Positions 52,964 to 64,000 of a DNA stretch of 64,000 nt are shown one piece after another. The position numbers and the translations under genes are program-made. Location of the stretch: NCBI GenBank assembly GCA_976551045.1, contig CDPCPM010000023.1, positions 2,666,001 to 2,730,000 on the forward strand, read 5' to 3'. The notes below the pieces were generated by a model. The model was not told the origin of the DNA and made no database searches. It saw only the letters and a program-made list of their open reading frames with translations. Within the stretch, counting starts at the first letter, position 1, and every line of letters starts with the position of its first letter. This DNA is from Glaucostegus cemiculus. Taxonomy: Eukaryota.

Positions 52964-54579
52964 CCCTCGAATGCCTCCTTTGCACCTACCCCTGGTAGTC
53001 ATTTTTATCTCAACCAGCTTTGGATTTCTGGAAAGGCAGCACATTTAAGCCATGCTAGTGTTTTGTATCAAACATTCTTTTAGTAAGCACGTTACCAAAT
53101 AGAGTGCAGCCAATCCGGTAAATTTCTTTATTGGAATGAAACCATGCATTATTGAGGTAACCTAATAACACCAGCTGCTCCTGGAATCATAGTATAATCT
53201 GTTAATTATGGCTTCTGACAGTTTCTTTTGTAGAGAAAGAAAAGCAAAAATGTAGAAGAATATATCTCAGAATGACTACCAAAATCTACTATATTTCCCT
53301 GAAGTATTCAGCACTATTCATAGTTTATTGGTTATTAACCTCTAGAATGAAGTATTGCCATCTATCAGGTGGATTTAGGACAGAGTGCGGTCTTATTTGA
53401 TCAACTGTAAGGATCAAGAACGGGGTAAAACTGTAGTTTATGTATATAAGAAAATTGTGATGAACAAAGACTATACCCCAGGCTAAACTGAGGGCTTTGG
53501 ATTCTAAGTAATTTGTCTATAGCCTAATTACTGGCTCTTCTACAGGAATCTTGCTGCATGAAAATATATACAAAGTTAGACTTTAAGCTCCTAGAAAAGT
53601 AGTACAGTTTTATTCCTAGAAAAGTACTAAAGTGTTTCACTTCAGATCTTAGTTGTTTCTCTGTAAATATACTTCATGTTGCTCTTAAAAATTTGCCATG
53701 TATTATAATTACAAAATAGCTTAGTATAATAGTACAAATAATACTATATCTTTGTAACCTAATGTGAGAAGCCACTTTCCCTGCTGTTTCTGAGTGAATT
53801 AGCATAAAATAATTGTGCATTTTAGTACAAAAATGTTTAACTCTTTCAATGAGAGAAATATACTCACATAATCACATCAGATTAAGATGTTTCTAACACC
53901 TATTTTAGTATTAAAGATTTTAGTCTAAAAATTGCTATTTGTATACTAATGGACGCATTTAAAATAAACAGGTTAACACCAGCATTAAAAGAGGAGTGTC
54001 AATCAAATGCTTTAAGTGTGCGTCTGCTAATATCACAAACAGTAATGTCCTATTTTGCTTTTTCAAATAGTCTCCTGAAGAAACATCAAAATATAAATAA
54101 AGAGAGATTAATTTCAGTATATTTAGCAGTGGACTGTGATTCCAAAACACAAAAGTTAAGATCACAGTTGGCAAGGTTAATGCAACCCGAACATGTTTCT
54201 TTCTCTGTTCTTTTCATAACAGGGAAGTTAACTAATTAATTTTAACCAATTAACATCAGCAACAAAAATAGCAGAGAGAAGACAAAATGAGTGCAGGGAA
54301 CAGTCATAGATTAATACTATCAACAGTAACTGTCCCTTTACTGATTAAAATCAATTGTCCTTCTTCAATGTCTTTAATATTTCTCTTTTAGTAGATCAAC
54401 ATTTTCATAGCAATTAGCATCCAGAGTCCCACCCTGTCCACCTTGCCTAGCCTGCTAGAGTTGTCTGGCAACAGAATACAAATGTGACTTCCTAGAAACA
54501 TGGGACAACTCCACGTCCAGTCCCATACTCAGCAGCAGGCATCCTCATTCCAGCTCTCTTGCATACCTCTACAATTTAG

Positions 54580-56690
54580 AACATAACACGAGAAACTAAG
54601 GCAGGAATAGGCCTTGCAGATTTTCAAACCCTCTGCAGCATGAAATCTGATCATAGCTAATCGTGAGCCTCAATTCACTTTGCTGTCTGATCCCAATATC
54701 CTCCATCTGCAAAACAACTACTGTTCATTTTTTCAATAAATTCAATAATTGAGCATCGACAGTCTTCTGAGCCAAAGATTTCCAAAGGTTTACAGTCCTC
54801 AGCATGAAAAATTATCTTCTCTTTTCAGTTCCAAATGCCTCGCCTTTCTCCTAACATTTTGCGTCCAGTTCTTCACTCTCCACTTGGTGGAAACAACCTC
54901 TCAGTATCTAACTTGCCAATCCCTCTCAGAATTGCGTATGTCTCAATGAGATTACTTCTATTCTCCCAAACTTCAGTGAATATATCTTCTTCATTCCCTC
55001 CTCATTGTATGGTCCCCTCAACTGCAGAATCAGCCAAGTGATTTATGCTGCACTGACCCAAAGACATTCTGTCTCTAGTCCTATTCCCACTCCCAGTTCT
55101 GCTATGACCACGCGTGTGCACCATGGCCAATTTCATTCCTGCCCTACTCGACCCCCAAGGAATTTTATCAGCATAGTTACAATGAGGAAGGAAGCCATTC
55201 AGCCCACTGAGTTCTGTACCAGCTGTACATATAATTAATATAACTCACTCTACTCTCTCTGCCTTCTCCATAGCCCTGTAAGTTCCTTCCCTTCAGATAT
55301 TAATCCAGCTTCTTTTGAAGACCACGGTTGAATTCATGGTTATCCATGGCAGTGGATTCCACACCCTAATCACTTGCTGCATAATGAAAAGAATCTCACG
55401 TCACTTTAGGTTCCTTTCCCAATCACCTTCAATTTATCTCCCTTAGTTCATAACCCCTTTGCCAGTGGGAGCGTTGAGAGAGTTTCTCTCTATCTGCGTC
55501 TCTAGTCTCTATCCTTCATGATGTTTTGTTTCTCTATCAGATCCCCTCACAGCCTGCACAGTTCCAAGAACACCAGCTTCTCCAGTCTATCCCTATCCCT
55601 GGAATCAATTTAGTAAATCTCTTTTGCACCCTCTCTAAAACCCTTACATCTTTCTTAAAGGGAACCACCCAGAACTGAACGTAATAATTAAGCTGTGGCT
55701 GAGCCAGTGTTTTAGAAAGGCTTTATAATGGTTCATCGCGACTTCCTGCTCTCTTATTCTATTAGATCCATGATCCCCTCTGCCTTCAAACAGCTTTCTC
55801 AACCTGCCCTACCACTGAAAGTTTGAATTTGAAATAATTAATCATCTGGATATAGAACTTAGTTTACTCGATGGAATCAGCTGATGAGAATGATCAGTTA
55901 CCATGATGTAAAACAAAGCAAATATTTTGAATATTGTGGAACATTGTGAGGTCAGTACTGTGTTAGAATAAAACAGAAAAACAGAGAACATTTTATATGG
56001 TGAGAGACTGGAAGTTGCTGGTGTATCCTTGAATGCTAATCACTGAATGATAACATAGAGAAAACAACTGGGAAGGCAAACAGTTTTTTGGGCTTTATTT
56101 CAAGAGGATTTGCACAGGCGTCAAGGCACCTTACTATAACTATATAGGGCCTTGGTAAGGGTGCACCTGGAATATTGAGTATAAGACTGTCTCGCTACCT
56201 AAGGAAGGATATGCTTATGATAGAGGGGGTGCAACAAAGGTCACTGGAATGTTTCCTGAAATGGGAAGCTTGTCCTATGAGGACAGATATAGCAGACTGG
56301 GCCAATACCCCTTTAGAGTTTAGAAAAATGAGAGGTGACCTCATTGAAAGATACAAAATGGGCAGGGGCTTGCCAAGGTAATTGCAGAGTTGTTATTTCC
56401 CCTGACTGGGGTGTTTAGAACTAGGGTATACTGTTTCAAAATAAGAGGAACTTTCCTATTCACTGAGTGTTGTGAATCTTTGGAATTCCCTGTACAAAAG
56501 GGTTGTGGAGTCTCAGTGGCTGAGCATATTCAAGACAGAGATTGATAGATATTTGGGGATTTAAGTAATCAAGGGAATAGGACTAAAGTGGAGCTGAGGT
56601 AAAAGAACAGCTATGATCTTATTGACTGCTGAATTCGACATGAGGGCAAATGGACTACTCCATTTTCCACTTCTTACATACTTCTGTTCA
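54580..56690. mobile_element. Cluster of CR1 fragments in intron 2 (antisense about 54580-55820; sense about 55990-56690)
   Basis: LYRALVRVHLEY, LRKDMLMIEGVQQR, RKMRGDLIE and vnlWNSL motifs on the + strand, with antisense 3' ends upstream. Confidence 0.75.
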
Positions 56691-59150
56691 TATATTTCTA
56701 AGAAAAATGCCTTGGCAGTGTAGGTACAGTTGCATTTAATTGAACAAAGCCAGAGTATGATGGATAATACACATTTTGTACTGCTTCTAAAGTTAGCTGT
56801 CTCCAGTTGGCATTGTTCCCTTTCCCATGTGGTGTCCCCTTGCACTGCACAAGTGGACGCTATGTACCGAAATATAAATGAAGACAAACTGAGAGCGAGA
56901 GAGAAGGTGAGAAGAAGCACATTTCTGACGTCTTGATCTATGGCAACAAGGCTACTTGCTGCTAAATTATATAAAAGGAATTAAACCTCATATGTTTAAT
57001 TAATGAGCTGGTATTTAAACTGTCCAATTATGATGTAACCAAAAGCATTTCAGTTACTGAAAACCATAGTATTTTAGTCTCCAATTCAGTGTGTTCTTCC
57101 AAGCATTTTGCAACTTTCTTTTTATATTTTTCACACCTTTGTCTTCTGTTTCCCATTTTATATCATGCTTACTAAAACTCAGCATTTCTTTCCCCATTCA
57201 CAATAGTCTTTGCCTTCTGTACACATTTACTCTATTTCACTCACGATATTTGATAGCTGTGGGAGGGAATAGAGATCCTTTCTTTGTAACAAATGAAAAC
57301 ATGAGGGCTTTAATATTGTATCCTATAGCACAGCATTTATGTGCGCTATAAGATACAATTTCATCAGAAAATAAAAATGAAGGATGTTCCAGGACTTGCT
57401 GAGTACTCTGCCAAGTCTGGGATCTTCCTTCCTTCTGGGTGCTCTGTGCATCCAATACACTAAGACACAGAAGTGTCTTGCATGCACAGCAGCATCCAAA
57501 GTCACGAGCTGCACATGTAAACACACTTGCTTGGTTTTCATACATATGTGCATGGCCTGTAACCTTGGCAGACTTGTGTCCTGCTTTGTTGAAGCTTAAA
57601 GGGGAAGAAACAGAGCAGGCTTCCTTCACTGTGGAGTATGGTGTTGAGAACTTACTTCAGGAGACCCACTAAATTAAAAAACTCACTGTGGTTCTCTCTA
57701 TGCCCCCTCCCCCAATTTCCCAAACTAATTGTAAAACCAACTCTCCTCCTCAATTTGAGTGTGCCGTTGACTAACCACACCCCCAACTCCCACATTCACT
57801 GATTACCACCGCCCCCCCAACCCTGATTTTGACTGCCCACTCCTTGAGATCCAATCCTGTCCAAGTTCTGTGACCTCCCTGTTTGGGGTTTTCTCCCATA
57901 TTTCCCACCCTCCTCCACCCCCAACAACCTGTGATTCATGAACCAGCCTCATGACCTGCCTGTTTCCCTCAGCAGTGGGGGACTTGTCAGAGAAATGACC
58001 TTTGATTACATTTATGGTGCAAGGCTCCCTCCAAGGTGCCTTGAGATTCCAAAATTTTGTAGCAGTGGGTCCTCGAGCAAAGCTTCTGTTGGCCTACTGT
58101 TCATGGCTTGTTTTGCTTGTCTTTCTACACAGTGTTTCCTCGGCTGATGTGCTTCAATGCATCTTGATGCATGGAGCTAAAAGATAGCTGCAAATGGGAA
58201 TTTAAAAAGGAAAGGATAACAGGGAGTCATCCTATGGGTAGAAAGTTAATGGGGAACAGGATGTTGCATTTCGAATCATATTTTGCATTTTTTATTAACT
58301 GCTTTTGCCTTTTTTTTGGTTTTATCTGCTAATTATTTTAACACTTCATTATAGAACTATGGGGAAAGGGACTAAGTGGATAGTTTTATCAATGATCTGG
58401 CAAAAAAAAACAATGTACCAAATGGCCTTCCCTGCTGTAATTCTGTAACTTCAACATTTTCCTATGAAGGGAATGACCCTGAATTCAGTTGACAATGGAC
58501 TTTGTTAAAGGATGCTTTTGGCTAATAGGTCAGACTATTGCTGCCCGATGCCACATGGTAATAGGCTGCACAGGTGATTAAAAGCTTGTTGTGCATAAAA
58601 CAAACTGAGCATAACAATGTGTTGGAATAAGTATTACTTACAACTTCAGCTTTTAACAAATAGAATGGTCTACAGGCATAACTTGATTTTCTCTCCCCAG
58701 TCATTTTTGTGCTAAGCTCAATGGCCACAGAATAGCCTTCATTTAAACTTCCTGATGGTGGTCTCATACTACAGACACTGCATTAAAGTATCAACTGTAG
58801 AAAACATGAATTGCAACAGCAGATATCTATGTCCCTCCATCAGCCTGTTGTTACAGAATGTCGTCTCCCTTTTACAAAGTCCTGCTCATTCTGCTCCATG
58901 CACACAGAGAGTAGTTACTTTTGCTTAGAATTGTTGAAATCTATCTCTCACAACCTTGGTGCCGTTGCTTACTATATTTATGTGATATTATTTGCCAATG
59001 CAAAATATTTTATTGGCTGAATGTGCTGCCTCTGGAGTAACTTTAGTTGATTGCATAGAGCGTTACAAACCATAGATTCTGCTAACCTTTAGTAAGAAAC
59101 ACAAACATAGTACTTAGCATTTCATTCAGCTTTTGCTTGTATATTTGAAG

Positions 59151-59348
59151 ATTTTAAACAGAACGGTGATGCAGCAAATGCAGCATTGGCAAACGAAGAT
59201 TGTCCTCATATTGACCAGGCACTGACGCCTGAAGATCACCTCCCCTTCACTCGTTCTAACACCAGGGAGAGGAATGCCAGAGACGGGCCCTGCTTCCTCT
59301 TATCAACCGGGGAATTTGCATGTCCACCCGATGGAGGAATAAGAAAGG
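59151..59348 (+). CDS. KCNC1: KCNC1 exon 3 (Kv3.1b-type distal C-terminus), not in the ORF track
   Basis: AG at 59149-59150, 198 nt, phase 1-1. Translates [66 protein letters not shown], versus mammalian [63 protein letters not shown]. Donor G|GTACGT at 59348/59349. Confidence 0.95.
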
Positions 59349-60629
59349 GTACGTAACACACAGGCAAGATACGTAACCTTATAGGTATATATATCAATCT
59401 GTTAATCTAGTATTGCTAGGATATACAGCTGCATTGGGGGAAGGTTTATCATGGATTAATAAGCAATGCTTAGCTGTGTAGAGTAATTGTCTATGAAATT
59501 CCATAGAGATTTTAGAAAGACGCTAAGCGCCATGAATTAAAGTGTAGAATTTCATTCAAGTCCTCTCACTGGTGTATTGTATATATATATATGTATATAT
59601 ATAGATCTATACATAGAGAGACAGTATTATCCAAACCATACCATTGGTGTGGTATATAGGAGCTTCATGTGCCATTTCTGATGGACAGTCTTCTATAGAG
59701 AACACTTAATATGTAAATATAATTTATAAAGTAAATTAAAAGCCAGACTAAAAAAAATTGATCACAACACTTTCATAAGAAAGTAGCTTGAAAACCTCAG
59801 CTAAAATTATCTTTGTAGCAAAGTGTTGAATTTGATTCCGTATTGGACAGATTGGCTAAAGAGTAATTCACTAGTGTGTTTCAATGTCAGCATATTGTTG
59901 GCCCGTGGAAGTGTGTTTCTACCAGCATGAACGATGGAAACCTTTCAGCTTAAATCCATCCTGTATGTGTTCTTGTAGATCTGTTCAATGTTAAGTTCTT
60001 GTGCATGTTTGAAATGGAATTGGTTGCATGTCTAGTCTTTAAATGCTTCAATGGACTTCAGAATAGTATCAAATTGGCATCAAAACGAGACCAATTCCAA
60101 CTGAGATGAAAGACTAAAGAGTTCCCAGGCTTTCCTTCAAGCCAATTCATACATTATATGGGGTGAGTTATCAGATCAAACACACATCAATCAAGTTTCC
60201 ACCATGGAAGTGACATAAAGGGTTTTCATGAAATTAAATTTGACAAAGTAAACTTGTTAATAAAAGAAATAGACAAATGGAATGACTTTGGCATGGCTTA
60301 TCTAACCAGAGCAAACTGAACATTGGATTTTCTGTTCGGCTGGTTTAATTAGACATCTTTTCAGTGTTTACTACAGTTGGCATTCATGTCTGGGTCTTAG
60401 AGAGCCGAATAACTAGATGGAATAAACTACTCAATATCTTGCTAATCAGTTTAATATATTAATAACAAATAGCCTCATATTTCTAATGTATTTACTATCT
60501 AGCAAAAGCAGTGATTTCTTCCACAGTCTGAACATATATGAAGCTGAGGCACTTCCTAATTTAAAAACAGAGAATTGTCAATTGTAGTGGGGAGTTGCCA
60601 GTGGGGAAAGGAGATGGGAGGGGGGCAAT

Positions 60630-60870
60630 TTGGTGAATTATGTACTGGTCTTTCACCTCTAGCACCTGAATTCAATCCAAAACTCTATCTATGGGATTAA
60701 ATTCTCCTTTAGTTGGCTGATACTCTGACCGGCCTTAAAGTACTTCCGCATAGGAATGGACATTATGCTCCAAGGTCCAAGTCTAATTTGGCAGTCTCAC
60801 ACTCTGAAGTGTATGGGAAATGGAAAGATTGCACTCTGTAGGTAGTGTTCACTAGAGCCTAGGAGTTACC
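60630..60870 (+). mobile_element. Ancient tRNA-derived SINE relic, LF-SINE-like
   Basis: Ordered short matches to my recollection of the LF-SINE consensus: ctttcacctctag, ttcaatcca (B-box-like), ttggcagtctca. Confidence 0.4.
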
Positions 60871-62090
60871 ATACTATCTGAATTAGTGATGCGAATGCAG
60901 GAAATGCTGATTGGAAATTACTGTTTCTTCAACACTGCTATCCCTTTCCTCCACTCTTCAAAATTCACGTAACAAGTCTGATTTGAAAGCAATGCATAAG
61001 AACCTCTGGAAAGAATTTTCCACCAATATCCCTACTGAGCCAGTGTGGTTGCTATAGTAATTGTTTGGATTAAAATCAATTTTCCCCGACTCCTAACATA
61101 TCGATTCTTAAAAAATGTACTTGTTCTCATTTTCTACAACGAAACCCCTACCATAGAAAAATTCCATGATGCAGACCAAGTGGGCTCCTATGCTGAACAA
61201 TTCCATGATTCTGTACAATGTGGCATCTGCTCAATTGATTTCTGTATTTTTATTTTCTAATAAAAACTTAGTTTCAAAGCAGTATTGCCCTGGTTGATCT
61301 CCCTCAGAGTATTTGCACATATCAGTTTAAATCTCAAAAGACTGTGTTTTCCATCTTGACCTGGCACACAGCTTCTGTTTTAGAGTCAGGATTGCCAGCT
61401 GTAACAGCATCACCAGTCACAAAGTAATTTTCATTTGGGCAAATATTCCCCCACCTCATGCAATAAAAGTCCAACTACTTCACACAATCAGCCTATGGTA
61501 AATATTCAATAAGGCAAACAAATGCAGATGCATAAGAAGTTGATGGATACCTGTAGACAGCAGAAGCTGGGTGGAATTGGACTTGGCAATTGATTGCAGG
61601 ATGGTTAGATTTAGGTTCCTTGCTTGGTTCAGTGTATTTGACTGAAATATTGCCACCTCAGGGATGACATGAGAATATGATAGTGTCAACAATTTTTTAA
61701 CCTATTAGTTGTGTGAAGTAGCAATTTGACCTAAAACTGACAGTCAGAACTCCAGAAATGGTAAATTAAAATACAAAAAAACCCCAAAATTAATAGCTCA
61801 GAGTAACAACACTATAGACTGCTTAGCAAAGTAACACCACATCCAACATAGTCTATCACATCACCTGAGTTCTTTTTTAGAAGTCAATGCCTGGTGAAAT
61901 AAGGGTAGTTAACTTAGGGATGTAGAAGCAATCCCTAGTAACCACTTCTCTTTGTCTTTCATTAACAGTGATACTACTCTGAGCATGCAAGTGCATGGAG
62001 ATGCTTTATCAGACTGGCAATGATGTAGACTCATCATTATCCATTCTATTGTTGATCCAATGCTGTACTTTGCATTTTTCCTACATAAAG

Positions 62091-62230
62091 GTTTTGAAAA
62101 CTCAAGGAGCCTAAGCAACAGAGCTGGCATGAGCAGAAATATACTAAAATTGCCTTCAGTGTCTTCTTCGCTCTACAGCTCTCCTTGTCCATTGAGGCTT
62201 TCTCCGTCTCCCATACCATCCATTTTATAG
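62091..62230 (+). CDS. KCNC1: Alternative last coding exon encoding a Kv3.2b-like tail [46 protein letters not shown]
   Basis: Pyrimidine tract plus AG (ctttgcatttttcctacataaAG, 62089-62090). Phase 1 fits the exon 3 donor, and the frame is open to TAG at 62228-62230. Colinear with Kv3.2b [45 protein letters not shown]. Confidence 0.85.
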
Positions 62231-62874
62231 CATGGATTAGTAGCTGAGAATGGTCCAAAGCTTTAGTCCTACAGCCTATACTGTCTTGCATAAAACCAGG
62301 TAATAAGTCTGAAGATTGCATGTCTCTAGGTAGCACCTTGCTGCTGGTGAATCTACTGTTGACATTAGGTGGGACAATCCTCGTTGATTTCTAAATGGGA
62401 TCGCACAGGCACATGATGGCACCAGTGGTCTATATGCTACATGTGTTTGGTGCATAAATGGAAATAATGCAGCTACATGCAGTTCCCAGTAATTGATGAT
62501 CCAGCCCACTGCTTTGGGTGTGCATTTGTCCATTTGTGAAAACACTGGCTCTTTGGAAATGGGTAACATTTATGTTTATTGGTGCACCTGGTCAACGTTT
62601 GAAGATTTCTTTCTCAGGATCTTTTGACCATATGACCCTGAGGGAGTTCACACAAACATGCAGTTTGAGGTGCCATTGCATGGAAGCCAAACTGATTGCG
62701 AGCAATACTCTTTAGAGGTCCCAGTTAACCTGGGTGCATGTGAAGGTCTTTAGAAGAAGGATACTGCCCCCTCTGCATGTAGCTATATTTTTTTTAAGCA
62801 GAAACAAAATGCCACATTTATATTGAAGGGCAGGGGAAAGAAGGTCAAGTATTCACTGTATTCTTTGCATGCAG

Positions 62875-62939
62875 ATTTCTGCAAAGGCAGCCCTGTCATT
62901 GCTAAATATATGCAAGCAGGGGCAGTCAGAGTAACTTAA
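62875..62939 (+). CDS. KCNC1: KCNC1 last coding exon of Kv3.1b ([21 protein letters not shown])
   Basis: Acceptor ttctttgcatgcAG (62873-62874), phase 1, TAA at 62937-62939. Matches mammalian [21 protein letters not shown]. Full b isoform is 617 aa, or 589 aa from 12930. Confidence 0.94.
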
Positions 62940-64000
62940 TGAGCTGGGACAGAATTGGACGCTCTGTGGGCAATTATCTGCCCACTGGGAACATTTCAAG
63001 AAAAGAAGACCCACCTCTTTAGGACAAGCAAAGCTACTTCAAGCCGAACAGGCTTCTAAGGACCATGTGTGTAACAGATTTGACCCAGAAATGCAGGCTT
63101 TCTAAAGCCCAATTTTCCAAAAAAAGGTAGAAGATTTGTATTTGTTTGCTAGCATGAACTGCATGTTATAGAAACTGTAATTCTATGATTAACCTTTAAA
63201 TCAGAAGTTCTATTTCCTTCCAAAATACTTTACTTTTACAAAACTTTGATGTGATCATAATGTAAGAGTTAACTATATTTATTTGCAATGGATAGCTTTT
63301 TTTGTATTATTCATGAAACAGTGCAAGATTAGAGAAAACTGTATGTAGATGGCGATTGGTCATATTGACCACTCATCCGTGCTTCAGATCTCCATCTGAA
63401 ACAAGCCGTTAAAACTATGTATTAAGAAAGCACTTCTGCCCCTGTATCTGATTAGGATGGCATGCTAGTAATCTTGTATTTTCTGGACATCATGTGTATC
63501 TATAAATATTAACTCTTCATCCAGATGGTCTTAGCCTCTGCATTTACAAGTGTATATTTCAGACTTGCAGACTCTAAATTAGGAAGCGTGCATTTCATTG
63601 AACAGTACCAATTTATCTGCGCCATTTTCCATGGCAGGACTACTGGTCCAAGTCAGCGAATGACTTCACTCGAATTTGGTCTCCTAAAGTTGGAATCAAT
63701 ACTTCAGCACTGTATGCAATTTAGTTCTGAATACATGCATGCACAATATAATATGCAAAAAAAAAGTTCGAGCATGAAATAAATTTTGTATTAAATCGGT
63801 CACTGCCTGCATGGTTTGATTTATTTTTGTTTTCAATAATGTGAGTCTTGCATTGATGAATCCCCCGTGGTCTCCAATGACAAATCAGGAGAGTCAGACT
63901 GGAAACATCAGGTGCTTGGCTCATTTTCAAACAATCGATGAGTGAGTATGGAGTGGTAGTGCTCTACCACAGGCTGGGAAAGCTGTTACTTATCACCAGA

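Larger units (their letters stand above)
61992..63813 (+). promoter_or_regulatory. Cluster of RBFOX-type TGCATG elements around the alternative last exons
   Basis: TGCATG starts at 61992, 62317, 62677, 62735, 62774, 62866, 63160, 63736 and 63808. Confidence 0.7.

Overview
Vertebrate genomic DNA, most likely from a cartilaginous fish (shark or ray), judged from its CR1/V-SINE/Deu-SINE/Penelope repeat content. The window holds essentially one gene: the full coding sequence of the Shaw-type voltage-gated K+ channel KCNC1 (Kv3.1) on the + strand. Exon 1 CDS is 12846-13502 (in a CpG island), followed by a 38.5-kb repeat-rich intron 1. Exon 2 is 51998-52931 (read-through to 52963 gives the Kv3.1a tail), exon 3 is 59151-59348 and the Kv3.1b last exon is 62875-62939. 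Five points stand out. (1) A 28-aa in-frame N-terminal extension resembles the Kv3.4 N-type inactivation peptide, which mammalian Kv3.1 lacks. (2) A near-consensus RE1/NRSE site overlaps that upstream start codon, together with an abutting uORF and a weak-versus-strong Kozak pair. (3) An extra intact last exon (62091-62230) encodes a Kv3.2b-type '...SPIPSIL' tail. (4) RBFOX UGCAUG motifs cluster densely between the competing last exons. (5) The Kv3.1b Ser503 PKC site is Phe here. Almost all other ORFs in the track are chance or transposon-derived. Comparisons to mammalian proteins and repeat consensuses are from memory, no searches were run, and repeat boundaries are approximate.
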